64,000 nucleotides of DNA, taken from Octopus vulgaris (Eukaryota). The position numbers were made by a program, and so were the translations under genes. Location of the stretch: assembly GCA_951406725.2 (NCBI GenBank), contig OX597818.1, positions 133,176,001 to 133,240,000 on the forward strand, given 5' to 3'. The notes under the pieces were generated by a model. That model was given only the letters and a program-made list of their open reading frames with translations. It searched no databases and was not told where the DNA came from. Below are positions 28,540 to 41,340 of this stretch, piece by piece (within the stretch, counting starts at the first letter, position 1; each line of letters opens with the position of its first letter).

Positions 28540-29520
28540 GATCATTCCTTTCCGCAGTGGATGCTTAAGGAAAATCTGTCACGTGTTCTGGTCAAAGTAT
28601 CGAATGAGAAGCTGTATTACAAAGCTGTCTGTTATAATGTGGCCCTTGAACTAAAACGCTGCCAGCTCAGATTGCTAGCACACACAAACAGTTGGATAAA
28701 GTTCAGAAAACTGTTATCTCTGCTGGCAGCAAAGGACTTATCCCTCAGTATGAATGGCAGGTTGTATGATGCTTGCATGTGAAGTGCACTGTTGCATGAT
28801 AGTATAATATGGGCCCTGAATGCTAAGGATTTAAGAAAACAAAGGAAGAAATGTAGCTGACATGCTGTATAAGATGTGTAATGTTGGGACACGCAAACAC
28901 CAGAGTACATATGAGCTGAAAACAAGAGCTTGATATAAAAGGTCAGATATCTTTATATATAAAAGTAAGGTTGTGTGCTGTCTGTCTCCTACGATTTAGA
29001 TTCCTAACTACTCCAACATTTTGCGGTGCAGTTTAACCAAAACCGGGTATCTTATAGTCGTGATTCATATCAAGCACTTCTGGGTATTAGCGCGCGTCTA
29101 CAATGAGTCTATGATTTTAAAAATAATTTACCATCAATTTTTCCCATTTTTAATGCATTTTTGGCATATATAAGGGAAGTAACTCTCTAAAAATTTATTA
29201 TTAAATCTCAGAACGTAAAAAGCTACAGTAATACCCCCCCCCCCACTTTGTGGTTAGCCATATTGAGATGGCTATTATACTTTACATCTCTAAAAATGCT
29301 TATATAGTTATTTCCCTTACAAACCCAAGCAACGCTGGGCAATACTGCTAGTGGTTTATGAAAGACAAAACTATGGGTATGAGCAGGTGATACTTACAGA
29401 AGATAACTGTGAAGAGAAGTGTCAAAAGCTCAGTTAATAGAACCAGTGGAAGAGGGAGACCTATGATGACAAGGGATGAAGACTGATTTCAAGATGTTGA
29501 TTCTCATACTATATGTTAAA
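28540..29520 (+). mobile_element. Degenerate RTE LINE fragment, split by the Helitron at 28950-29351
   Basis: WIKFRKLLSLL..KDLSLSMNGRLYDACM, an RTE post-RT motif, with stops. Confidence 0.65.
28950..29351 (+). mobile_element. Non-autonomous Helitron variant (402 bp)
   Basis: A|TC...CTAG|T. Shares its 5' part and 3' end with the 513-bp family but has a different middle. Splits an RTE fragment. Confidence 0.85.
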
Positions 29521-29588
29521 ATGGATGAAGATAGTCATAGAGACACAGATATATAAAATATATATCACATAAAAACACACACACACAC

Positions 29589-29750
<162 letters not shown>

Positions 29751-29751
29751 T

Positions 29752-29896
29752 AAAAATAAGCAACAAGAATGACTCCGGTAATTTGGTACAATTGCTTCGC
29801 ACTACATCATTTTATTGATTTAATAAAATTTAATAAAATGATGTAGTGCGAAACAATTGTACCAAATTACCGGAGTCATTCTTGTTGCTTATTTTT
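29752..29896. repeat. Near-perfect inverted repeat (65-bp arms, 15-nt spacer) abutting (TA)n
   Basis: 29752-29816 versus 29832-29896, one mismatch. The right arm contains GAAAC-aatt-GTA, the 3' half of a hammerhead. Confidence 0.85.
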
Positions 29897-30682
29897 GATT
29901 ATAATCACCCCGCAAATTTTTATGGATAACACCATACAAAATTCTGGTGCATCTAAATTAAGTACCATATTCATTTGAATCTAAATTGTTGCTGAACTTA
30001 TATATATATATATATATATATGCATTCATATTCAAATAAATGTTTGCTTACATATATACACACATACATATATACACAAAATAGCATTATACTTTGTATG
30101 TTGAATCTTAAGATCTTGTATTTGTTGGTCGTTTATTTTGCCCTAGTCACAAGATGATAAGCATCATCATCATTATCATCGTTTAACGTCCGCTCTCCAC
30201 GCTGGTATGGGTTGGATTGTTTAACTTGGAGCTGGCCAGCAGGGAGCTGTCCAGATGCCAGCTCTCTGTTGTGGCATGCTTTCTATGACTAGATGCCCTT
30301 CCTAATGCCAGCCATTTAGCAGAGTGTGCTGGATGCTTGGCATAGGTGCATTTACACATCACTGGCACAGGTGTATTAAAATAGCATTAGTATGAGTGCT
30401 TTTTAAGTGGCACCAGCACCTGAAAGGACAAACCTGTATGTGTGAAAGACAGTGATTTTACTTAAATTGATGTGTCTTACCAAGTACAGCAAATCGCCAT
30501 ATCTTTTGGTCGCTTGTCATTTCCTCAATGAGGCCCAGCACCCGAAGATCCTTTCTCACCAATTCATCCCATATCTTCTTCTTTCTACCCTTTCCACAGG
30601 TACCCTCCGCAATAAGAGCTCAGTGTGTCAAAAAGTAAAATACTCCATTTCATACCTTAATGATCATTTACAACCAGTGACA

Positions 30683-31134
30683 CCTATTTCTTTACTACCC
30701 ACAAGGGGCTAAACACAGAGTGGACAAACAAGGACAGACAAACGGATTAAGTCGATTATATCGACCCCAGTGCGCAACTGGTACTTAATTTATCGACCCC
30801 GAAAGGATGAAAGGCAAAGTCGACCTCGGCGGAATTTGAACCCAGAACATAATGGTAGACGAAATATCGCTAAGCATTTCACCCGGCGTGCTAATGCTTC
30901 TTATTTCTTTACTGCCCACAAGGGGCTACACACAGAGAGGACAAACAAGGACAGACAAACGGATTAAGTCGATTATATCGACCCCAGTGCGTAACTGGTA
31001 CTTAATTTATCGACCCCGAAAGGATGAAAGGCAAAGTCGACCTCGGCGGAATTTGAACCCAGAACATAATGGTAGACGAAATATCGCTAAGCATTTCGCC
31101 CGGCGTGCTAATGCTTCTGCCAGCTCGCCATCTT
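30683..31134 (-). mobile_element. SINE family B tandem dimer
   Basis: Two near-identical units, 30683-30900 and 30901-31134. Confidence 0.88.
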
Positions 31135-31181
31135 AATCAGTGACCCCTGTCAAATGAGCAACACCATAGTTTAGTGCTTAG

Positions 31182-31761
31182 CCCTTTAGCATTCAGATTA
31201 TTCTGTCAAACATAATGCTTATTTATTGACAATGTTTTGAATTTATCATAGTTTTAAGATTTTGATGATACTCTTACTCTTTTACTCGTTTCAGTCATTT
31301 GACTGTGGCCATGCTGGAGCACCACCTTTAGTCGAGCAAATCAACCCCGGGACTTATTCTTTGTAAGCCCAGTACTTATTCTATCGGTCTCTAAGTAACA
31401 GGGACATAAACACACCAGCATCAGTTGTCAAGCAATGCTAGGGGGACAAACACAGACACACAAACACACACACACATATATATATATATACATATATACG
31501 ACAGGCTTCTTTCAGTTTCCGTCTACCAAATCCACTCACAAGGCTTTGGTCAGCCCGAGGCTATAGTAGAAGACACTTGCCCAAGATGCCACGCAACGGG
31601 ACTGAACCCGAAACCATGTGGTTGGTTAGCAAGCTACTTACCACACAGCCACTCCTGCACCTGATGTGATTGTTTACTTTTAGAATGACATTGTTGGGTA
31701 GGAGTGAGTTTAGACACAAAACAGGTAAAATATTTTGGCAGGATGTGGTTGGTTTAAAGAG
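31182..31761. mobile_element. TTAA MITE interrupted by a SINE A copy
   Basis: ccctttagcattcagatta start; the body resumes at 31663 and ends aaagagttaa. Confidence 0.65.
31270..31662 (-). mobile_element. SINE family A
   Basis: Homology to the 7515 copy; inserted in a MITE. Confidence 0.85.
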
Positions 31762-32989
31762 TTAAACTGTGATGAACTCCAGTGCATTTGACTGAAAGCC
31801 AAAATCAACCGCAGTAGTATTTGAGTTCAGAATCAAAAAGGACATAATTTAAGACTACTAAACATTTACTTTGGTTACTCCTCTATGAATTTTCATATGT
31901 AACAACTGTAACAACAGCGATAGCAATTAGTAACAAACTAATAATAAATTCAGTAACAGGAAACTAATTAATAGACACTGAATAACAATATTACATGAAT
32001 GGAAAGCGAAACATTTTTTTTTTTTTCTTTATAAAATTAAAGAAATCTTAACTGTCAAACATGAAATTTATAAATGAAGTCCAACATGAAGTATATGTAT
32101 GTGAGATTAAAGACAACAACTATTTGAAAAGATTCTCTCTCCATTCTCTGAATCATTTAAATCCATTTCAGTGATTCTTAAAATAGATGTCAAAAGAAGA
32201 CATAGGAATGGGATACAGAGTAATAACAACAACAACAACAGCAGCAGCAGCAGCAGCAGCAGTAACAATAACAACAACACAAACAAAGGATTAATATCAA
32301 AATGTTCTTTCATGAAACCTTTTTTGGTTTTGATTTGTTGTTCTTGTTTCTGTCCTCTATGAAATTGTTAATAAAGTGATTAAAAAATATAGTAGAAAAA
32401 TATTAACAAAATGAATGGAAGATAATTGATCATCTGTTGTATGAGAAAAGGCCTGAAGACAATAGAATGTTCAGTTAAATGTCTTTGCTGATTACTGCTA
32501 GTGATGGATAACATGTGTGACATGCATAGATAAGATGAAAAATTTCAGGTTATGATTGTAAAACTGATATGCACTGAACTTTGCAGCTTTTGTTGTACAT
32601 CTTACATTTGACATATAAATCATTTCAATAAAATCTTTTATGGAAGAAAGATCGATTTAGCCATAAGAACATGTGGTAGCTAAAATGGAAGAAAAGAAGG
32701 TTTTTTTTTCCAGATAGGTTCTATAGGGATTTCTTTCATTGTCTCTATTTAAAGGTAGCTTAACGAAGAAGTGTGTTTAAAATGTAATGCCATTATAACA
32801 ATTAAACTTGAACAACGATAACAGAGGATGTTTAGTGTATGATTTGCTGAAAAAAATAGATAGGGTTTGGTCAGTATATTTATTTTTTTCAACTGTTTTA
32901 CATTCATATTCTGAAATTTGAATAGGGTCAAAATGCTTATTTGTTAGGGCATGTATTTTTTATTGGATGACCTTCCTGTTGCTAACAAT

Positions 32990-33720
32990 TATTGATCTCT
33001 CACAAAGCATTGGCAATACCCACAATAGAGTTTGCTCTCACATTTGGGATGGTACTGCTGGTGCTGCACACATAGATAATCCTAGGCCACATCGGCGGCG
33101 AGCTGGCAGAATCGTTGGCACGCCGTGCGAAATGCGTAGGCGTATTTCGTCTGCCATTATGTTCTGAGTTCAAATTCCGCCGAGGTCGACTTTGCCTTTC
33201 ATCCTTTCGGGGTCGATAAATTAAGTACCAGTTACGCATTGGGGTCGATATAATCGACTTAATCCGTTTGTCTGTCCTTGTTTGTCCTCTCTCTGTTTAG
33301 CCCCTTGTGGGTAGTAAAGAAATAGATATCCTAGGCCACATCCAAATATGGGCCATCTAAGTGACTAGCATAAAGTCACCCACAGACACCATCCAGCTTC
33401 TGGTACATCGGCATGCTACCTCCTCTCTCTACCTTTATACTTTACCTATAATGAACCCTACTTCTCCAAACATGCTACCTCCTCTCAGATATTCCAATCC
33501 TACTTGTCTCTCCTCATCAACTTTGTTACATGTAGTCTCTAACCCCATCTCTGTTGCACTAATCACTACCCTGCCAGGCCTTTTGACTCATAATGTTGGC
33601 CCTCTGGAATTCCTTCTCTACTCATGTCTTTCCTGCAAATGTTGACTCATTAAGGTTCAAGAGGAACATTAATGGCATCAATCTCACCAGTTTAAGAGAG
33701 CCTCAATGGCCATGGACAGT
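32990..33720 (+). mobile_element. Old CR1/Jockey-group LINE 3' fragment, split by a SINE B copy
   Basis: SHIWDG..., LVHRH..SSL, LWNSF..VFP....FKRNIN motifs. Confidence 0.6.
33093..33325 (+). mobile_element. SINE family B
   Basis: TSD atcctaggccacatc at 33078-33092 and 33328-33342. Confidence 0.88.
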
Positions 33721-33968
33721 ACTCTTTCCTCTTCATTCTTCAGACCCAGGATATAATCAAAAAAATCTAATCAGAAATAACAAGAAATGTTCTACTACTC
33801 AATGAAGTAAAATAGAACATTTGCTCAGCCATTTTTCAAATGCTGTTCTACTTTCATTTTCAAATGTTTGAAAAGGAGACCAGAAGGTTTGTCTGTTGAA
33901 GCAATAATATTTGAAGTCGGACAACATTCCTACTGCTAATAATAATCTAGCTATGAAATAAGACAAAA

Positions 33969-34131
33969 GCCAGAGCCACCTGCACCAATAGCACAGCCCC
34001 TACCCACTTCTGCCCCACTTGTGGGAGGGGCTTTCTTGCCCGGATTGGCCTCACCAGCCACCTCCGGTCACATAGCAGCAATTCCACCAAATGATGTCAA
34101 TGGTCATCTTCGAACCCGAAGGACGAACATT
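33969..34131 (+). mobile_element. RTE LINE 3' end with C2H2 finger
   Basis: CPTCGRGFLARIGLTSHLRSH. TSD ataagacaaaa at 33958-33968 and 34132-34142. Confidence 0.88.
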
Positions 34132-34232
34132 ATAAGACAAAAATCCACTTTAAATTAGTAAAGCAAAACGGGATTTCAAACAGACATGAAAAACAAAGGA
34201 AAATAATACGATTTGTACATATAACTAAGTGG

Positions 34233-34259
34233 TCAGTTGTCCATCCAACGTTGTCTCAC
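34233..34259 (-). other. Candidate acceptor: short terminal exon (VRQRWMDN*) or recursive splice site
   Basis: Long poly-T, aaatcag|GTGAGA: the acceptor is immediately followed by a donor-like hexamer. The phase-0 frame stops after 8 codons. Confidence 0.3.
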
Positions 34260-34438
34260 CTGATTTAAAAAAAAAAAAAAAAAGGTATTGGAAAAATAAG
34301 TAAGTCATTAGTTCAGACCTTACTAATCCAGTTGCTGGGTTGGGCTCCAGAACAAAATAAAAAAACTACTCTACTTGCTCCAGTTTATTTGACTGCTGAA
34401 AAACTGGTCCCAACAAGAATTCATGTTAAATGGCTTAC

Positions 34439-34480
34439 AGCAGGAATGGTGTCAGACTGTGCAATCAATTGCTCTAACAA
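34439..34480 (-). CDS. Candidate 42-nt phase 0-0 cassette exon (LLEQLIAQSDTIPA)
   Basis: Strong acceptor (poly-T, ttcttcag|) and donor |gtaagc. Open, and phase-compatible with the intron after 48410. No homology evidence. Confidence 0.45.
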
Positions 34481-37362
34481 CTGAAGAAAAAAAAATGAAG
34501 GAGAAAATTATGATTCCTGTAGAAGTGGAAGTAGTGTGCAATTGATAAGTAACCATTGTTTTGCAGAGTCAAGATCAATGACAAATGCAACTTGCAATAG
34601 TCTAATGTTCAGACCATGAAGAGATTTGTTTCCCATCATAAGTACCAGCTCCATCCATAAATTTCAGTGATTCAGAAAGCAATGTGGGTTAATTAATACA
34701 CACACACACACACACGCGCATACATGTACACGCATACACATATACCCTGCTATCACTACACAGAGATTAAAATGTTCAGCAGTGACCCAGCACCTCAACC
34801 ATTTATAATACTAAGCATTTATTTCTATTGACTGAGTCAACCAGAACAATGGCATGCATTGCCCCAGAGTACAGTCCTCTGCCTGTAGCAAGGTTTGAAC
34901 CTATGTCATGTAGTGTGCATTATTTAATTCCATTCTCTGGATTTAGTGAAATGTATTTGCATTAATACAAGATTTGCAGTTTTTAAATAATTTTAATAAA
35001 CTGAAGTTACACGAGAGTGATTCATGACTAATTTATAACATTTACTCTCAGGTTGTTCAAATAAAACAAAATAAAGAACATTACAAGAAAAACCTCTAGT
35101 TAAAAGCAACCAAGAGCTGTCAATAGCAGATTTTCATTAGTGGAAAGAAATTAAAAGAAGTAAAAAATGAAATATAGAAACAAAATAAGATTTAGTAGAA
35201 TTAAGTAAATAATATTTGTATGAAAGGCATATTTCTCGCTTGCATATAGAGTTTCCCAATTGTCGCAGAAGACAAATGGAATTTGATCAGATATATGATG
35301 ACAAGTTTTATGACTTATCGTCATATACTCACTGACTAGGACATAAAATAGTGCATTCTGTCAAAACAGATGGTCATTAGAAAATCATTCTGGTCCAGCA
35401 AATATTGCAATCCATGTTTCCTATTTGCAGATATTTTCCTTGTCTTTTAATTGTTTTAGATATATTTAAAACAAAAACAAAAATGGCAACAATGTCAAAT
35501 GTTCATAGTTAAGATCATATGATATGTGATATCTTACTAGCGTTATTACCAGGAAAATATTGCAGTTGATGAAAAATGATGCTATCAAATTCTAATGGCG
35601 CCAACTAGCTTTAAGAGAGAAAAGAAAAAATCCTTTTAAGCATTTGTAAATTGGAGTCTTTTTGAAATGTATTCTAGTCTATTGGAAACTTTGAATGTTT
35701 TGTAATAACAAAAAAATGCTTCCTGTTGGTGTCTCATATTTTTAAAACAACATGTTTCCAGAAAATGCCTTTTTGATAATGTTTTTATACTTCATATTAC
35801 AATTTAAATAAATGCAATGGCTACTTAATATTTCACCCAACTTAGTTTATGTCATTCAATCTCAAAAAGAATGAAAAAGGAAAAGCAGAAAAAAAATTTT
35901 CCAAGGAAGGCAATATATCTAATTTATAGCAAATGGAAGATTTTCATAGAAGCTTCAGACAAAACCAGTTTCAAAGCATAATAAAAGTTAAAAATATTTC
36001 TAAGCATCAATACTTTCTGTGAGGGTTTTTTTTTTTTTAATTGTTTAGATATTTTGAATGTAGACACATGAAATTTCCTATAAATGGCAGTCTTGTGAAT
36101 TGTTAAGATGTTAAAGTGGCCTATCATTTTCTTTTCTGAAACATGTACGAAAGACACAGACAAAACAGATTATAGGCTATTTCTGTTAACATAGGAGATA
36201 AAAAGAATTTTGCTGTTTAAGCACAATTCATTATCTGCATAAATATAATGAAAACATTAAAAAATTACACATTCGTTCTTTCAAATCAATTGTATGAGCT
36301 ACATCGTCTTTCTCTAACAGTTCTGCTGGTTGCATACATTCTATGAACTTGTCTCTATCCCATTTCAAAATGTTTCAGCATAGTCTTAAAATTTTAAACT
36401 AAAATATTATTAGCTTATATTCTTTAAAACTACACACTCTGAATGCCTTTCACTGTTGAATAACTGAATATTAGGTCATTGGTTGAAATTCTGCTACATA
36501 CCAGATAATCCTTTCTACTATAGGCACAAGGGACTGAAATACTTGTAAAGAGGGCTAGTCTATTACAGTGACTCCAGCACTTGACTGGCACTTAATTCAT
36601 TGCCTCTGACCGGATGAGAGGCAAAGTTGATCTCGGTGGAATTTGAATGTAAAAACAGACAAATTGCTGATAAGCAATTTTTTTTGTTCAGCATACTAAT
36701 GATTCTGCCAGCTTGCCACCTTGCCAGTTTGTCACATTCCAGATGATATCATATTAGCCACCCCAATATATTTTCCTTTTAAGAATTATACTGAGGTCTT
36801 ATGGGACAAAAACAGTTAATAGTTTTGCAATCAATGACTACATAAAAGATATTTTGAGAGGGGTTAACTGTCTTTACTGACTATTTGAAATACAACAGGT
36901 ACATCTGTATAGAAGCACTCAATTTATAGTATATCTGACAGCTTTTATAAGGAGTCCCTTATAGCCAGCTTAACTGAACATTCAAAGAATATAAACTTTA
37001 AAGATATTTGGATAAATGAATTTTAAGAGTTTATAAATTGTTATCTTCTGTGAATTGCACTATTTAGCTTTAATAAACTATTATTATTTTATTGATATAG
37101 TTATCTGACTGCAACTGGGGCACTTCTCTGAAGGGGTTTTGTCAAATCATATTTACCCAGTAGTTATTTCAGTCTGGTAATGATTTTAATTGATCTATAC
37201 TGAATGATTAAATTAAATTTTGACTTACAGGGATACAGCATGACATGCCATAGATTTCACACCAGTATACACTCACGCACACACACACACACACACACAC
37301 ATGCACACACACACACACACGCATGTGTGTGTGTGTGTGTGTGTGTGTTTCAATTTCAACTG

Positions 37363-37668
37363 GCACTGTCAGTAACAATGGTGTGAGTTCCAGTTGATCT
37401 GATCAGTGGAACAGCCTGCCAGTGGAATTAATGTGAAAATGGCTTAGCACTCCACAGACACATGTACCCTTAACATAGTTCTCAGGAAGATTCATCGTAG
37501 CACTGAATGTGACAAGGCTGGCCCTTTCAATTACAGGTACAACTCACTTTTGCTAGCGGAGTGGACTGGAGCAACATGAAATAAAGTCCCTTGCTCAAGG
37601 ACACAATATGCTATCAGGTGTCAAACTTACAACCTTACGATCATGAGTCAAATGTCCTAATCACTAAA

Positions 37669-37670
<2 letters not shown>
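37363..37670 (-). mobile_element. Chimeric SINE: D-type head/CORE with family C tail
   Basis: Same arrangement at 53167-53463. Confidence 0.7.
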
Positions 37671-37759
<89 letters not shown>

Positions 37760-38617
37760 CTCACAAAATGGACTTCTTCATAGTTTGTCTCTCAAATCTC
37801 ACTCATAAAGCAGTGATCATCTTCAGATTACAGTTGAATAAACTTGCCCAAAGTTCCACACAGTGGGTCAAGACCAGAATTATGTAGGGACAAAGAAAAC
37901 TTCTTAAGTACTCAACTATACAATTTTTTCTTTCTTTCAAAGATTAATATTACAGAAATGTGTAATCAGATTATGGTGACTTTTTATTTGTTACATACAA
38001 AGAGGCATACATCTATATATGATATATATATAACATTTGTTCTCATCTGATGAGTGTTAACTTCCCTAACAATAGTATTTTCGAGTTGAAACCCATATGC
38101 TTTCACTAAAGATTGTTGTAGTAGAGCAGTACTATTTTGTTATTTTTTTCTTTTTGGTGACATCCTGATTGTCAAACCTATGACAATGGATGATAAATAT
38201 GAAATGTATAAGTGTTCAAGGAAACCTCAACATAAATGATTCTCAACAGGGGTCCATATAATGTTTTTTGGGGTCCCTTACTCTATATGGCTGTTCGGTC
38301 TTTTAGAATGATTTTAATCATAGGTTTAGTGAATCAAACTGTACAACAACTTCAAATACCACCAAAAGAAACATGTGACTATGACTACAAGAAAACTTGT
38401 GAGATCAAACTAACTTGAAATTATACTTTCATCACAAGTCTTACACACACACACCAAAATTATTTTAGAAGATTATACTCTTCTAAAGATCTAAGCAATT
38501 AACTATGGTCCTCAATCATCTCTCTTCAATACTATCATATTCTTTTACTTTTGTCATTAGCTTTGTGGATCTACCAAAGACTAGGCTTTTCAACTCACTT
38601 ATACAGTATTTTTGGCA

Positions 38618-38970
38618 GTGGAGGCGCAATGGCCCAGTGGTTAGGGTAGCGGACTCGCGGTCATAGGATCGCGGTTTCGATTCCCAGACCGGGCGTTGTG
38701 AGTGTTTATTGAGCGAAAACACCTAAAGCTCCAGGGGATGGTGGTGATCCCTGCTGTACTCTTTCACCACAACTTTCTCTCACTCTTACTTCCTGTTTCT
38801 GTTGTACCTGTATTTCAAAGGGCCGGCCTTGTCACTCTCTGTGTCACGCTGAATATCCCTGAGAACTACGTTGAGGGTACACGTGTCTGTGGAATGCTCA
38901 GCCACTTACACGTTAATTTCACGAGCAGGCTGTTCCATTGATTCGGATCAACTGGAAACCTTATCGTCGT
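38618..38970 (+). mobile_element. SINE family C, 3'-truncated, with a 26-bp TSD
   Basis: TSD at 38592-38617 and 38971-38996. Confidence 0.9.
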
Positions 38971-39724
38971 AACTCACTTATACAGTATTTTTGGCAATAT
39001 GGTCTTTTAATTCCATTGAGAAATTCTTTCCTTAAGTAAGTCCTTCTAAAACAATTGCCATAGATTTTAGTTTGCAGTTCAGAAATTGTTGCATACCATA
39101 TTGGTCTAGAATCTATTCTCTCATCTATAAATATGACCAGTCCATTATAAGATGGCATTATGCAGACTAAAAAATAAACCTCTTTTTTTTTTATATTTGC
39201 AAAACATCTGCTTGTAGACTCAAATAGCTAATTATATTTTAGCTCGATCGTCATTAAGTTCTTGATCACTTTTATCTTTTTTTTTTCTAATAATACTGAT
39301 AGAACACTCTTTTAATTTGCTTCAGTTACTAATTAAATACTCTTTAAAATTGCCATGTACTCAATCTATGATAAGTCAACCAAGCAAATAGTTCAAAAAT
39401 TTAACTGACCTGCTTAACTACCAAACTCCTCCAAAACCTAACCATAAATCCTTTCATACAGACTGCATTAAAAAGGCACATCACTTTTATATGACTATCA
39501 AAAAAGAAATCATAAAAAAAGCAAACTGTCATCTGAATTATGGCAATGACATAAAAGTATATTTCTCTTATTTTAGATTAGACTGTTAATTCACTGACTA
39601 TTAATATGACTTCTTAGCAGATTTACAGACTTTTGTCTCCTATATTTTAGTTTATTATTATCTCCACTATGTTTAAAAATTATAAAGGAAACAAATGCTA
39701 TAAACTACAGTGAAACACACACAT

Positions 39725-39764
<40 letters not shown>

Positions 39765-40332
39765 AAGTTGATTTCACTTTTTGACCATAGATAAAGAATT
39801 ATTAGTTGTATGAGAGTCATGAAAATTCTTTCTTCTTATTCTGTATCCACCCTTTTTGTTGCTGGCTTTAAGAAATGTCTAAAGACAGGAATTTTGGATC
39901 AACCTATGCAATATAGTTTGTTACTCCCAAATATAAATTCTTTTGAGAACTAGACACAGTTCTTGCATATATAAATTCTCGTGACATATATTTATCTCAT
40001 ACCATTAACATAAAACCTTCTGACTTAGTGAACTTGTACTGTCCAGCTAAATCTTTTTCAAAACTTTGAGCTAAACTCGTTTTTTTATTCTCATCTTCAC
40101 CATTTTTTCCCATCTAAAGCTGTTCAACTAACATAACTAGTAGTTCCTTTTCAAATCTACACCAATGTAGGACGCATATTGCTTATTACTATTTTTGTCT
40201 CTCTGCTTACAAGGTGACGGAGTAGCAAGAATGATAACGTCCATTTGTTTTATATATTCAAATCCAGCTGGCATCAGGGATTTTTTCCACCCCTCTCAAG
40301 TCGATGCAGCAAGTAGCAGGTATGTAGAGACA

Positions 40333-40565
40333 AGGCGGAGAGCTGGTAGAAACGTTAGCACGTCAGGCGAAATACTTAGCGGTATTTCGTCTGCGTTACG
40401 TTGTGAGTTCAAATTCCGCCGAGGTCGACTTTGCCTTTCATCCTTTCGGGGTCGATAAATTAAGTACCAGTTACGCTCTGGGGTCAATATAATCGACTTA
40501 ATCCGTTTGTCTGTCCTTGTTTGTCCTCTCTGTGTTTAGCCCCTTGTGGGTAGTAAAGAAATAGG
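40333..40565 (+). mobile_element. SINE family B
   Basis: TSD aggtatgtagagac. Confidence 0.88.
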
Positions 40566-40569
40566 TATG

Positions 40570-41340
40570 TAGAGACTTCCTTCCTCCTCTACAAATGTAT
40601 AGCATTGTACCATAGTTAATGCAGAGCCTGGATAAGAGCAAGAACATATGAGTGATACAAGGAGGACAGACAACTGCATCAGGAAACTGTGGGGAAAGAT
40701 GACATGTAGCTAATTTGTTCAGATGAACAAAGATTGTTGTTGTAGGTATAGAAGATAGACAGTGAGGGAACATCACATGCCAATGGGAAGTGTGTCAGTC
40801 ACTGAGTCTTTATCAGTAAGCTGATGGCCCAGTGGTTAGGGCAGCGGACTCGCGGTCGTAGGATCGCGGCTTCGATTCCCAGACCGGGCGTTGTGAGTGT
40901 TTATTGAGCGAAAACACCTAAAGCTCCACGAGGCTCCGGCAGGGGATGGTGGTGATCCCTGCTGTACTCTTTCACCACAACTTTCTCTCACTCTTACTTC
41001 CTGTTTCTGTTGTACCTGTATTTCAAAGGGCCGGCCTTGTCACTCTCTGTGTCACGCTGAATATCCCCAAGAACTACGTTAAGGGTACACGTGTCTGTGG
41101 AGTGCTCAGCCACTTACACGTTAATTTCACGAGCAGGCTGTTCCGTTGATCAGATCAACCGGAATCCTCATCGTCGTAACCGACGGAGTGCTTCCACATC
41201 AGTAAGCTGGATGACCTTTTGGAATCAATCTAAGATGTTTGGGGTTTTTTTCTTTGTATAGCAGTAACACTTCTACCCAAGCAGGAACAGTATTCCATTG
41301 TAGGCTTTACTTCGAATTTTATAGTCGGAAGCTGATCAGA
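40570..41340 (-). mobile_element. Old CR1/Jockey-group LINE fragment, split by a SINE C copy
   Basis: VKPTMEYCS and VPSLSIFYTY...CSSE motifs. Confidence 0.5.
40824..41197 (+). mobile_element. SINE family C
   Basis: tggcccagtggttaggg...ttcgattccc head; TSD atcagtaagctg. Confidence 0.9.

Noticed and set aside
32107-32195. Acceptor-like site followed by ITEMDLNDSENGERIFSNSCCL*
   Set aside because: Needs a phase-2 donor, but the known upstream exon ends in phase 0; no homology.
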